Shown: positions 18,747 to 28,684, numbered from the stretch's first letter. The stretch is DNA of 64,000 bases from Pirellulales bacterium (GCA_035546535.1 DASZWQ010000066.1:14222-78221), one strand, 5' to 3'. Notes: generated by a model not told the origin, from the sequence alone. Numbers and translations: made by a program.

Positions 18747-19883
18747 GTGCCCCTCGATCCGGGAGAAAACCGCTTGAGTATCCGAGCTCGTTATCGCACG
18801 TCGACCATACGGCCGAAGCAGAACCTGCCAGGACGAATCGCGCTTGCGCTGCTCGTGGGTTGCGTCTGCGGCAGCCTGGTTCACGAACCTGCAAACGCTC
18901 AGGAATCGATCGAAGGAAAATTCCTGACCGGCGTTCAACAAGTGACCGACGGTTTCGTGAAGGCGGGTGAAGGCTATTTTTCGCCCGACGCCAAGGAGAT
19001 CGTCTACCAGGCGGTGCCCAGGGATTACCCCTTCTACCAGATTTATCGCCAGTCGCTCGCCGGCGGCGCACCGCATCGCATCAGCACGGGGCGCGGCCGC
19101 ACGACGTGCGCCTATTACCGGCCGGATGGCAAGAAGCTGATTTTCGCGTCGAGCCACCTTGACCCGCAACTCGAAAAAACCGAGGACGCCGAGCGACAAC
19201 AACAAGCCGACGACGCCAAGACCGGACGCCGCCGGCGCTACGAGTGGAACTTCGACCCGTTCATGGACATCTTCGAGTCGAACCTCGACGGTGGCGAGTT
19301 ACGGCAGTTGACCGATTCGCCCGGCTACGATGCCGAAGGATCGTATTCGCCCGACGGCAAGCAGATCGTGTTTTGCAGCACGCGCGACGGCGATCCGGAC
19401 ATTTACCTGATGAATGCCGACGGCTCGAACGTGCGGCAACTCACCAATGCCCCCGGCTATGACGGTGGGCCGTTCATCTCGCCTGACGGTAAGTGGGTGG
19501 TTTTCCGCAGCGACCGCGACAAGGAAGGCTTCTTGCAGATTTACGTCATCGGTATCGACGGCGCGCACGAGACGCCGCTGACCTCGAACCCGAATTCCGT
19601 GAACTGGGCTCCTTACTGGCATCCGGCAAAGCCGTATATCATCTGGACCGGCGCCGATCACACCGATCCTCAGGCCCGGCCGAACTACGATCTATGGCTG
19701 ATGCGCTATGAGAAAAGAGACGGGCAGATCGCGCCCGGTCCGATCACGCGCGTCACCGACAATCCGACGGCCGACGTGTTGCCGGTGTTTTCGCCCGATG
19801 GTAATCGACTGATGTGGACGTCGAATCGCACCGCCGATCATGCCAGCCAGTTGTTCCTGGGGAGCTTTCGGCTGCCGGAATGA
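18747..19883 (+). CDS. TolB-like PD40/WD40-like beta-propeller repeat protein, secreted
   Basis: Repeats SPDGKQIVFCSTRDGDPDIYLMNADGSNVRQLT, SPDGKWVVFRSDRD and SPDGNRLMWTSNR. GTG start is uncertain. Confidence 0.75.
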   Translation: MPLDPGENRLSIRARYRTSTIRPKQNLPGRIALALLVGCVCGSLVHEPANAQESIEGKFLTGVQQVTDGFVKAGEGYFSPDAKEIVYQAVPRDYPFYQIYRQSLAGGAPHRISTGRGRTTCAYYRPDGKKLIFASSHLDPQLEKTEDAERQQQADDAKTGRRRRYEWNFDPFMDIFESNLDGGELRQLTDSPGYDAEGSYSPDGKQIVFCSTRDGDPDIYLMNADGSNVRQLTNAPGYDGGPFISPDGKWVVFRSDRDKEGFLQIYVIGIDGAHETPLTSNPNSVNWAPYWHPAKPYIIWTGADHTDPQARPNYDLWLMRYEKRDGQIAPGPITRVTDNPTADVLPVFSPDGNRLMWTSNRTADHASQLFLGSFRLPE

Positions 19884-19920
19884 AGCGCGCGACGGAATCG
19901 CGCATCATGAATCGCGAGGG

Positions 19921-21540
19921 CTACGGCCTAACCTCGATTTTCATCTTGCCCAGCACTTGCGCAACCGGCAGAAAGCTGGCCAGGGCGGTGGATTCTTTCA
20001 GGTTCGTGGCGGCCAGCTTCAGATGCCCGGCGCCGATGCCGCCAAGGCCCAGCGTGCCATCCAGGCCGATCCATTGCCCGGCGATAAGAGCTTCGGTCCA
20101 CATATGAAAGGCGAAAGCGTGCTCGGTCGGGACATAGACCAGGCCGACCGCGACGCGCGCCGGGATGCCACGGGCACGTAGTAGCGCCGCCAGCAAAACG
20201 GCATGTTCGGTGCAATCCCCTTCCAGACTCTGCGCCACTTCGGCGGCTGTGGCAAAGGTCTGCGAGTAATTCTTTTCGGCCACTTTGTCGTGAACGTAGC
20301 GCTCGAGCGCCACGGCGGTACGCCACGGATCCTGCTCGGCGCCGGCCGCGTCGCGCGCCATCGCGATAATCTTCGGATCGTCGCTTTGAATAAAGCTGTT
20401 GGGCTGCCGGTCATCGTCCGTAGGAGCAGTCCTCTCGGGCGAGTCCTTGGCCAAACCTCCCGGGCGGACAGCGCGCACCAGCACGTCGGCCGTATGCGCA
20501 TCCACAGCGGTGACGCGTTGGCTGTCATCCGAAACGAAGACGGTCGCCGGGTCACCGCCGTCGAGGTGGACACGGTACACGATCTGTTTCGCGTGGTGCG
20601 GATCGGCCGGCGGCCGCGCCAGCCGCACCAGCGAGGACAGACCAAGGTCAAGCACCTGGGCGTCGGATTTGCGCAACGCCTCCTCTTTCGTGGTGCGATA
20701 AGCGACCTGATCGAGCCCCGTGACGACGGTCTTCAGCGTAACGCCGTCGGCATCGGTCCATTGAACGCCGTCGATCGGCTTGGCGCCCGGCAGCGTCGTG
20801 ATTGTCTCGATGCGCAGCAGCTCGCGCTTTCCTTGAAGCAAGCTCGTCGACTCGAGCTGTTTGGCGCGTAGCTCGATTTTGCCGACCTGGTTAAAGACCG
20901 GCATCAAAGTCGACAGCGTACGCGATTCGCCAGGCTGCATGGGGCGCAGTCGCAGGCTTTCTTCGACGGCGAAATAGCCGCGCGCCTCGCGCGGCCACGG
21001 CATCGAGCTGCGGCGTTTCTGACCTCCCGAGCTGATCGTGATCTCGATCGTGCCATCGCCCACGCGGCCCGCGACGATGCCGGGCGTCGGGCCCATCTTC
21101 GTATCCGACGTGAAGCTCTGCACTTCGCCGGAGAGCGTTTCAACGACCGACATCTTCACTTCCGAGGTCGATTCCTCGCCGAAGCGCTTGACCGATAACC
21201 GCAAGGCCCCTTGGGCCTCGATCAAATCCGCTTGGCCGGGAAGCGCCTTCCAGCGCGTCACGGCGTAACCAAGCCGGGCACCGCCGAGGTAATACACGTC
21301 CCATTGTTCCTGCCCCACCAGCGCACTTAGCGACCTGGCGAGAGCATCGCTAGCGGGTTTGCCGTTGGCGGACTTTGCCGCCTCGGGCGCGGCGGGCTCC
21401 GCACCGTCGGTTTGCGGCGGCGGCCCGGAAATCGCCGTGCTACAACCACTCAAGGCCCATGCCAGCAGGGACGGAACGAACCACGACCTGACGGATTTCT
21501 GGATTCTTCGGCCGATCCGCGTACGATTCATCGTGGGCAT
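19921..21540 (-). CDS. transglutaminase-like domain lipoprotein
   Basis: Lipobox-like LLAWALSGCS. Transglutaminase core EGDCTEHAVLLAALLRARGIPARVAVGLVY. Confidence 0.75.
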   Translation of the reverse strand: MPTMNRTRIGRRIQKSVRSWFVPSLLAWALSGCSTAISGPPPQTDGAEPAAPEAAKSANGKPASDALARSLSALVGQEQWDVYYLGGARLGYAVTRWKALPGQADLIEAQGALRLSVKRFGEESTSEVKMSVVETLSGEVQSFTSDTKMGPTPGIVAGRVGDGTIEITISSGGQKRRSSMPWPREARGYFAVEESLRLRPMQPGESRTLSTLMPVFNQVGKIELRAKQLESTSLLQGKRELLRIETITTLPGAKPIDGVQWTDADGVTLKTVVTGLDQVAYRTTKEEALRKSDAQVLDLGLSSLVRLARPPADPHHAKQIVYRVHLDGGDPATVFVSDDSQRVTAVDAHTADVLVRAVRPGGLAKDSPERTAPTDDDRQPNSFIQSDDPKIIAMARDAAGAEQDPWRTAVALERYVHDKVAEKNYSQTFATAAEVAQSLEGDCTEHAVLLAALLRARGIPARVAVGLVYVPTEHAFAFHMWTEALIAGQWIGLDGTLGLGGIGAGHLKLAATNLKESTALASFLPVAQVLGKMKIEVRP

Positions 21541-22323
21541 AAGGGGAGTATGACTCGATCGGAGGGTACGCAGCCTCGGAGCGTCAAACCCGTCCGAATC
21601 GCGGTTCGTGTCGTAGCGACGGTGAGGCGCAGGGCACGGTGCCCTGCAAAACGATCCGAACGAAATATACTCAGCACGCGTACCGTAGTGGTAGCAGCCG
21701 AGAATGGTCGGGGGAGAAGGATTCCTCAGACGCGTGTAACGTTTGAATGTCGAGGGAGCTGATTGCAGCGCCCCGCCAGGACGTTACACCACAACTGACT
21801 GACAGAACGACTCAGGGAAGTCTTTTTTCACGCAGGTCCGCGTGAGAGAGGCTTCCTTTTTTTGTTGGCGTTTTCTTGTCGGTGTGGGCGACCGCCTGAC
21901 AGAGTTTTTGGCGTACGAAACCTGGGACGAAGCCACATCCTTCACAACACGCACGTCTCACCAAGGAAGGCATGAATTCTTCGCAGCGCGGCCGGTCGAT
22001 TGGGCAACCAAATTCAGGCCGGGTGCTAGACTAAATTTCGAGGAACCATTGCGCGACACGACATGGTCGGTCTCGTTTGAGTTTTCAGCCCTAGGGCCGT
22101 CCAGCGCAGGCGTTAAAGGACGCACAGGCGCTGGCCGGCAGCGGTTTTGCCTGTCAGTCGGATCGTACCGTTTCTGCCGCCGCCCGCGGGCCAGCGACCA
22201 CGAAACCGCACCCGGGGGGCCTTGTGTGAGAAGTATGTGACCTAGTGTTTTTTGAGGATCGGTCTTTCGCCGGCCGCGTCAACGTATTGCTGCCCAAACA
22301 ACTGACTCGGGACCCTTAGATCC

Positions 22324-23040
22324 ATGGGCTTTTTGAAACGCTTCTTCCGCAATGTTTTCCGCGATGGCGCGGCGCCGACGGGCACCAGCAGCTTCGAGCA
22401 ATTGAGCGAGGCCGACTTGGAAGCCCACCTGGGCGTTTCGCGCTATGGCAACTTCACGCTGACCGACGCCATCCGGCCGTCGTACGACTTGCAGGTCGTA
22501 CCGCGGCAGGGCTACCGGCATGACGTGTATAACGATGCCGATAACCGTTGCTCGGTGCCGGTGCTGATGGGCGCCGCGTCGCGCGAGGAACTGTTCGAAG
22601 TCTTCATGGAGTTGCTCGATCCGCTCGGTTCGGAAGTCGACGTCGTGCTGGAAACGAGCCACAACCGCGAAGCACGCGGACACGTGGACCTGTACCGCGA
22701 GCACATCGACATGCCGGTGCTCAAGAGCATCCTGTGGGATTACGAAGACCTGCTGTTGAACGACGGCTGCGTCGGCATCGCCGTCTTGAACCCGGCGGTT
22801 CCGCAGGAAGTGCAATTCGACGAACACAAGCTGCTGATCGTCTACGGTGAAGACCTGACGCAGTTCGAGAACGTCTTCCGCGATCGCCAGGTTCCGTGCG
22901 ACGACCAGATGAAGTTCATCACCGAAGCCGAGCACGTGCATTCGTCGAGCGACAACTACTTCCGCGAGTTCGAAGAATTGCGGACGCGGTTGGGCATGGA
23001 CTCGATGTGCGACCAGGATGCTATTCCGGGCGTCGGTTAG
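22324..23040 (+). CDS. hypothetical protein (cytoplasmic, acidic)
   Basis: 238-aa ORF with balanced composition (…ELFEVFMELLDPLGSEVDVVLETSHNREARGHVDLYREHIDMPVLKSILWDYEDLLLNDG…). No family recognised. Confidence 0.6.
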   Translation: MGFLKRFFRNVFRDGAAPTGTSSFEQLSEADLEAHLGVSRYGNFTLTDAIRPSYDLQVVPRQGYRHDVYNDADNRCSVPVLMGAASREELFEVFMELLDPLGSEVDVVLETSHNREARGHVDLYREHIDMPVLKSILWDYEDLLLNDGCVGIAVLNPAVPQEVQFDEHKLLIVYGEDLTQFENVFRDRQVPCDDQMKFITEAEHVHSSSDNYFREFEELRTRLGMDSMCDQDAIPGVG

Positions 23041-23156
23041 GATTGGCCGGTGCCGAGGGTGAGACTGCAAACCCCTGGAGTCTGGCACAGGTGCGCTAGC
23101 CGCCTGTACGCATCGCAGCGCGAAAAAATTCTTAAACCGCTCGGCCGGCTGCGAGA

Positions 23157-23567
23157 TCACTTCTGCCCGCTCAGCGATTCTAGCCAGGCCTGATCCTCGC
23201 GTAGCACTTCGAGCGTCTCTTCCAGCCCCACGAAGTGCCGACGGAAACGCAGCCAGCCCAGCCCGCCGACGACAACGGCCGCGACGACGAGGCCGGCAAA
23301 CCATATCAACAGCCACGCCGTGCGATCGAGCCCCCACGTCCCGTCCAGGGCCGTAGCGGCAGCCACGACCAGGACTGGTAGCGAAACCAGCGCAAGTAGC
23401 CCTGCCACGGCGAGAGCGACCACCAATCGCCGCACGTCCCCCACGGCTACGCCCAATTCGAATCGGGCCAGTTGCCAACGAGCCGCGACGGCAGCGCGCA
23501 GCTCGTCGCGGAGCCGATGGATCTCGGCCACCGTGGGAGCAAACAGCGTTTCGTCTTGGTCGGCCAT
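23157..23567 (-). CDS. YqjE-like / phage-holin-family (DUF1469-like) membrane protein
   Basis: N-terminal amphipathic helix, then two TM helices (LVVALAVAGLLALVSLPVLVVAAA and WLLIWFAGLVVAAVVVGGLGWL), then a charged tail. Architecture matches E. coli YqjE. Confidence 0.55.
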   Translation of the reverse strand: MADQDETLFAPTVAEIHRLRDELRAAVAARWQLARFELGVAVGDVRRLVVALAVAGLLALVSLPVLVVAAATALDGTWGLDRTAWLLIWFAGLVVAAVVVGGLGWLRFRRHFVGLEETLEVLREDQAWLESLSGQK

Positions 23568-23591
23568 AATTGCTGGTGGTTAACGCGGTCG

Positions 23592-23948
23592 TCAGTCGGG
23601 ACCGGGCCGGTCCCCCGAGGAGCGGAAATTGGTCCACACGTCGAGCAGATCCCCCAGGATCCGGCTCCGCGCCGAGGCGACGCCCCATTGAATCAGGTTC
23701 GTGGCCACGGATCGTGAAATCTGTCTTCCCGGGCGCATCGCGGCCAGCCACAGGCCGACCCCGAAAACCGTCCCCAGCGAAGCGATCGGAAATCGCCGCA
23801 CGTACGTCTTCCAAGAGGTCAAGCGGCGCTGTTCGTGCTTGAGTGCGGCCAAGGTGGCACGGGTGGACGTGCGGGTGCGCGCGATCTCGGCGCGCAGTTG
23901 CCGCTTGCGAAACAGCACATCAGCATCTACGACGCGACGCACGGCCAT
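23592..23948 (-). CDS. small membrane protein, YqjK-like architecture
   Basis: Arg-rich helical N-terminus (RKRQLRAEIARTR...) followed by one TM (IASLGTVFGVGLWLAAM). Located between the DUF883-like and YqjE-like genes. Confidence 0.45.
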   Translation of the reverse strand: MAVRRVVDADVLFRKRQLRAEIARTRTSTRATLAALKHEQRRLTSWKTYVRRFPIASLGTVFGVGLWLAAMRPGRQISRSVATNLIQWGVASARSRILGDLLDVWTNFRSSGDRPGPD

Positions 23949-24003
23949 GAGCGGCCTTCCCTTCCGGATCCAAGCGCAACGGCGGACGCCGTGCGTTCAT
24001 TCC

Positions 24004-24318
24004 CTACCGCCGGAATATCCGGCCGCACAACCATCCGCAGGCGAGCGCCAACAGGACGCCAGGAGCCGGGTACTTGCGTACCATCTCCAGGACGGCCGAC
24101 AGCCAATCGCCTGAGTTGCTGCGGCGCGCCTCGGCAAAGTTCTCGGCCGCCTGGTGGCGAACGTCTTGGTATTGCGACAGGGCGCGTTCAAGCTGCTCCT
24201 GGGCCGCGCGCAGCGCCTTTTCGGCCGCGCGCACTTCGGGGCGCTCGTCCAGCTTGCGACCTAGATTTTCGAAGGTTCCGGCAGCCGCCGGACGTGGTTC
24301 TGGGTGTGAATCGGTCAT
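24004..24318 (-). CDS. DUF883 (YqjD/ElaB-like) C-tail-anchored stress protein
   Basis: 104 aa. Helical charged body (EVRAAEKALRAAQEQLERALSQYQDVRHQAAENF). C-terminal TM anchor PAPGVLLALACGWLCGRIF. Confidence 0.6.
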   Translation of the reverse strand: MTDSHPEPRPAAAGTFENLGRKLDERPEVRAAEKALRAAQEQLERALSQYQDVRHQAAENFAEARRSNSGDWLSAVLEMVRKYPAPGVLLALACGWLCGRIFRR

Positions 24319-24659
24319 CGGTCGAGATCCCTCACTTTCTGGCGGACTCTCCGGGCGTTTGGTGCGGCGTGTGCCGGCTACGATCGCCTGTTTGAACGTA
24401 GCTTACAGGGGGAGGGGTCACAATCGACCGCCGGTGCCCGGGCGGGCTGCAAAAGCCGCATATTTGATGCCAAAGGAGCGGTTGTGTCGTCCTCCTGCGC
24501 AGGTGCGACGGGGCGGCGCGGATGGGCGCGCGGAGGCGTGGCTTCGTTGTGGGGGCAGGCCGCTTGGATACAATGCACTCGGCGGCGTAATCTCCTTTCA
24601 CATGGCCGCATGCGAAGGCCTTTTCGGGAGCGCGCGCACGAATCGCGCGAGAACCACTC

Positions 24660-26399
24660 GTGGCCAAGTTCTTTCAAGATCCGCCGGTTCTGGCCAATCA
24701 ATACGACGACGACCACGTGCTGCGCCGCTACCTGATGCGGCGGCTGCCGCGCGACGTGCTGGCCGAGATCGAGCCCGACCTGCACCGCTTCGGCGGGCGG
24801 GTCGTCACCGACATCCTGGCGATGGGCGAAGACGCGCACGCCCATGAACCCGAGCTCGTGCAATTCGACCCGTGGGGCCGCCGCATTGACCACATCGAAA
24901 CCGCGCGCGGCTGGCAAGACCTGGAGCGCGTGAGCGCCGAAGAGGGGCTCGTGGCGATCGGCTACGAGCGGAAGCTCGGCCCGTTGTCGCGCATCTATCA
25001 GTACGCCAAGCTGTATCTGTTCAATCCTTCGTCGGCCACGTATTCCTGCCCACTGGCTATGAGCGACGGTGCGGCGCGGCTGATCGAGGTGATGCGCGAC
25101 GAAGAGTTGAAGGCCGGCGCCTATCGCCGCCTGACCACGCGCGATCCGGCAACGTTCTGGACCAGCGGACAGTGGATGACCGAACGCACCGGCGGTTCGG
25201 ACGTCGGCCGGACCGAGACCGTGGCCCGACACGAGGGCGGTCCCTGGTACCGACTGCATGGCACGAAATGGTTCACCTCGGCCACCACGTCGCAAATGAC
25301 GATGACGCTGGCGCGGATCGAGGACGGGGCCGGTAAGTCAATCCCCGGCAGCCGCGGCTTGAGCCTGTTCTATCTCGAGACGCGCGGGTCCTCGGGCGAG
25401 CTGAATCACATCGTGATTCATCGCCTGAAAGACAAGCTCGGCACCCGCAGCTTGCCGACCGCCGAATTGAGCATGGAAGGCACACGAGCCAAGCTGATCG
25501 GCGAGCCCGGCGACGGCGTGCGGAACATCACAACGCTCGTGAACATCACGCGTTTGCACAACGTGATCGGCGCCGTCTCGGGCATGCGCCGTGGGCTGGC
25601 CTTGGCGCGAGACTATGCGCAGCGCCGCGAAGCGTTCGGCAAGTTCCTCATTGATCAGCCGCTGCACGTGGAAACTTTGGCCGACCTGGCGATCGAATTT
25701 CAGGCCGGCTTCCAACTCGCCTTCCGGGCACTCGATCTCTTGGGCAAGGAAGAATGCGGCGCGGCAAATAGCGACGAGTCGGCCGTGCTGCGGTTGCTCA
25801 CTCCGCTGGCCAAGCTCTACACGGCGCGGCAGTCGGTGGCGAGCGCGAGTGAAGTGGTCGAAGGGTTTGGCGGCGCCGGCTACGTGGAAAACACCGGTTT
25901 CCCGCGCATTTTGCGCGATGCCCAGGTGCTGTCGATCTGGGAAGGGACCACGAACGTACTGAGCCTCGACGCGCTGCGGGCGATCGAAAAGAGCGACGCC
26001 TTCGGCCCGTACATGGCCGAGATCGACGAGCTTTTGGCCGGCATCACGCTCGACGAATTGAGCCCTGCCGTAATGCAAGCTCAGGACGCCGCCCGCCAAG
26101 TGCGCCAGTTTTTACCGGCGGCGCTTGCCGAAGGGCGCGATTTCCAGCAAGCCGGAGCGCGCTCGTTCGCGTTTAGCCTCGCGCGACTTATGGCCGCGGC
26201 GCTTTTGCTCGACGATGGGCAGTGGAATCTGCAGAACCACGGCGACGGGCGCGGCGTCGCCGTCGCTCGACGCTGGTGCGGGCGCAACCTCGCGCCGCTG
26301 GTCCATGCGGATCGTCAATGGCGAGCCGAGAGCGAGGCACTGGCGCGCGATTTGACGCTCACCGAGCGTCCGGCAGCTACGGCGCCGCGCAAGTCGTGA
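24660..26399 (+). CDS. acyl-CoA dehydrogenase family protein (AidB-like, long form)
   Basis: 579 aa. ACAD-like middle and C-terminal domains (…WFTSATTSQMTMTLAR…, …GGAGYVENTGFPRILRDAQVLSIWEGTTNV…). GTG start. Confidence 0.85.
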   Translation: MAKFFQDPPVLANQYDDDHVLRRYLMRRLPRDVLAEIEPDLHRFGGRVVTDILAMGEDAHAHEPELVQFDPWGRRIDHIETARGWQDLERVSAEEGLVAIGYERKLGPLSRIYQYAKLYLFNPSSATYSCPLAMSDGAARLIEVMRDEELKAGAYRRLTTRDPATFWTSGQWMTERTGGSDVGRTETVARHEGGPWYRLHGTKWFTSATTSQMTMTLARIEDGAGKSIPGSRGLSLFYLETRGSSGELNHIVIHRLKDKLGTRSLPTAELSMEGTRAKLIGEPGDGVRNITTLVNITRLHNVIGAVSGMRRGLALARDYAQRREAFGKFLIDQPLHVETLADLAIEFQAGFQLAFRALDLLGKEECGAANSDESAVLRLLTPLAKLYTARQSVASASEVVEGFGGAGYVENTGFPRILRDAQVLSIWEGTTNVLSLDALRAIEKSDAFGPYMAEIDELLAGITLDELSPAVMQAQDAARQVRQFLPAALAEGRDFQQAGARSFAFSLARLMAAALLLDDGQWNLQNHGDGRGVAVARRWCGRNLAPLVHADRQWRAESEALARDLTLTERPAATAPRKS

Positions 26400-26483
26400 G
26401 CTCGGCGTTTCGAGCGCAGGCCATTCCTGCAGCCGCGCATCCCAGAACTTGGATCGAAAGTTGGAACTACTAGGAATCTCCCT

Positions 26484-27467
26484 ATGAAAGCCGTGCAGAT
26501 TTCTGCGTTCGGTCAGCCCTTGGAAGTGGCGCAATGCGTCGAGTTGCCCGATCCGGCCGCGCCGGCCGCAGGCCAGGCGATCGTGTCGCTCGAGGCGTCG
26601 CCGATCAATCCTTCGGATGTGCTGACGCTGTCGGCGCAATATGGGATTCTTCCGAAGTTGCCCGCGGTGCCGGGGAACGAGGGCGTGGGGCGCGTGCTGG
26701 AGGTGGCCGGCGACGTCAAGAACGTGAAGCCGGGCGATATCGTGCTCTTGCCTGCCGGCGCCGGTACCTGGCGCGAAAAGCTCGCGGTACCTGCCGCGCG
26801 ATTGTTTCCCATGCCGCCCGGCGCGGACCGGCAGCAATTGTCGATGTTGACCGTCAATCCGCCGACGGCGCTACTTCTCTTGCGCGATATCGTGGACGTC
26901 AAGTCAGGCGAGTGGGTGATTCAAAACGCGGCCAACTCCGGCGTCGGCTCGTACCTGATCACGCTCGCCGGTTTGCGCGGCTTGAAAACCGTGAATGTCG
27001 TGCGGCGTGAGTCGCTCGTCGCGCCGCTCAAGCAACTGGGGGCCGATGTCGTGGTGGTCGATGGGCCTGATTTGCACAAGCGCGTGGCCGAGGCGACCGA
27101 CAAAGCCGCGATCCGACTGGCGATCGATGCCATCGGCGGTGACGCGACGGCGCGCCTGGCGCACTGCGTGGCGCCCGGCGGCACGGTCGTGAATTACGGA
27201 GCGCTTTCCGGACAGCCGTGCCAGGTCGCGCAACAAGATTTGATCTTTCGCAATGTCACGTTGCGTGGCTTCTGGCTGGCCCACTGGTTCAACCAGGCGA
27301 CGCCGGCCGATCAGATGGCCGTTTTCGCCGAATTGATCAAGCTCGTTGCGACCGGCAGGCTGAAGACCAACGTCGAGGCCACCTATCCGCTCTCGCGCAT
27401 CAAGGATGCCCTGGCCCACGCCATGCAGGCCGGGCGCGATGGCAAGATCTTGCTCGTGCCAGGCTAG
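26484..27467 (+). CDS. MDR-family NAD(P)H-dependent enoyl reductase / quinone oxidoreductase-like
   Basis: PINPSDV and PGNEGVGRV motifs. Rossmann motif NAANSGVGSYLITLA. 327 aa. Confidence 0.85.
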   Translation: MKAVQISAFGQPLEVAQCVELPDPAAPAAGQAIVSLEASPINPSDVLTLSAQYGILPKLPAVPGNEGVGRVLEVAGDVKNVKPGDIVLLPAGAGTWREKLAVPAARLFPMPPGADRQQLSMLTVNPPTALLLLRDIVDVKSGEWVIQNAANSGVGSYLITLAGLRGLKTVNVVRRESLVAPLKQLGADVVVVDGPDLHKRVAEATDKAAIRLAIDAIGGDATARLAHCVAPGGTVVNYGALSGQPCQVAQQDLIFRNVTLRGFWLAHWFNQATPADQMAVFAELIKLVATGRLKTNVEATYPLSRIKDALAHAMQAGRDGKILLVPG

Positions 27468-27490
27468 ACGTTTCCTACCTGATCAAAGCA

Positions 27491-27889
27491 ATGGCCACTC
27501 TGCGCGCCGTTCTCGTCATCGTCTGGGCTTCTCCTGCGACGATCCTGGGTCTCGTCGCGGGCTTGCTCGGCCTCGCGAGTGGCGGAAATATTTGCCGCCG
27601 CGGCCGGGTGCTGGAATGCTCGGGCGGCGCGGTGACGTGGCTGTTGCGTCATACGCCACTGGTGCGCGGAGCCGCGGCCCTCACGCTCGGGCACGTGGTT
27701 CTCGGCCTGGATCAGCAGGCACTCGAGGACACGCGCGAGCACGAACTTGTCCATGTCGCGCAGTACGAACGCTGGGGCCCGGCGTTCCTGCCGGCGTACG
27801 GCCTATGCGCGCTCGCCCTCTGGCTCACCGGACGGCAGCCTTATTGGGACAACCCCTTCGAACGCGAAGCGTATCGCCGCGCGCCGTAA
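27491..27889 (+). CDS. small membrane protein with HExxH (zincin-like) motif
   Basis: ATG 27491, 23 nt after the preceding stop. N-terminal TM LVIVWASPATILGLVAGLLGL. REHELVHVAQYERWG followed by NPFEREAY. Confidence 0.5.
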   Translation: MATLRAVLVIVWASPATILGLVAGLLGLASGGNICRRGRVLECSGGAVTWLLRHTPLVRGAAALTLGHVVLGLDQQALEDTREHELVHVAQYERWGPAFLPAYGLCALALWLTGRQPYWDNPFEREAYRRAP

Positions 27890-28138
27890 ACGCCCGGCGG
27901 CCGCCAGCGATAGTGTCCGCGTCAGGCGTTCTTCTTCTGATCCAGAGGCGCAAAGCGAATGAGCGTTGCGGGCGCATCAAGGCAAAACCGATTATTTGCC
28001 ACGATCCATGGCACCTTTCGACGTTGCCATTTTTCCGGGAGGAGGCAAAAATATAACAGTGGCACGGCGCACAGGTCGTGCCGATGAGACGGCTCGCCAG
28101 CGTGGCGGACACTCCCGGCGAGCAGAGGAGAGCCAGGT

Positions 28139-28684
28139 ATGGACCGAAGCCGCTCGCAGGCGTCTTTGTACCAATTCTTCTCCGGTTTGACCGAGTACGT
28201 GTTTCAAACGCGGCTCGGCGTCGCCGATCCTCCGTTGGTCGATTACATCTCGACCCTGCTGGCCCGGTTCACGCACACCGACGCCATTTACAAGATTCGC
28301 AGCCTCTCGGGCCGGCGGCTCGAGGAGGTGGCCACGATGCTCGTCGAGGCCGAAGCCCGTGCCGGTGACGCGCGCCGCGAGGTACATCGCCACATCGGCG
28401 ACTTCACCCTCTTCTGGACCGGCGTGTATCCCGAGTTCCTCAAGCGCATGGAGCGCGAGGGACGCAGCGATCGATTGCTCGATTACCGGCAGCAGGGCAA
28501 GCGGGCGTACTATATTGCCAGCACCATCGAGCACGATGCCCACCGCAACGAGAACGAGATCCTCGAACGGCTGAGCCATGAGTTCGAGCTGTGCGCCTAC
28601 GGTCTTGGCGAGTTGCGTCGGGAGTGGGAACGCCGCGAGCCCACGACGGGCGAGGATCGCCTCGGCCCGTTTCTGATCAATTGA
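28139..28684 (+). CDS. hypothetical protein
   Basis: 181 aa with protein-like composition (…HIGDFTLFWTGVYPEFLKRMEREGRSDRLLDYRQQGKRAYYIAST…). The antisense ORF 27992-28705 is Arg/Ala-rich and judged spurious. Confidence 0.55.
   Translation: MDRSRSQASLYQFFSGLTEYVFQTRLGVADPPLVDYISTLLARFTHTDAIYKIRSLSGRRLEEVATMLVEAEARAGDARREVHRHIGDFTLFWTGVYPEFLKRMEREGRSDRLLDYRQQGKRAYYIASTIEHDAHRNENEILERLSHEFELCAYGLGELRREWERREPTTGEDRLGPFLIN

Noticed and set aside
21842-22240. 132-aa ORF in the long non-coding region
   Set aside because: It has a GTG start without an RBS, Arg/Phe/Trp-skewed composition and no recognisable motif. The region is more likely non-coding or RNA-level (see finding).
22279-23814. 511-aa ORF on the minus strand
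   Set aside because: It is antisense to the protein-like gene at 22324-23040 and out of frame across the small membrane genes. Its composition is Arg/Gly/Ala-rich and low-complexity.
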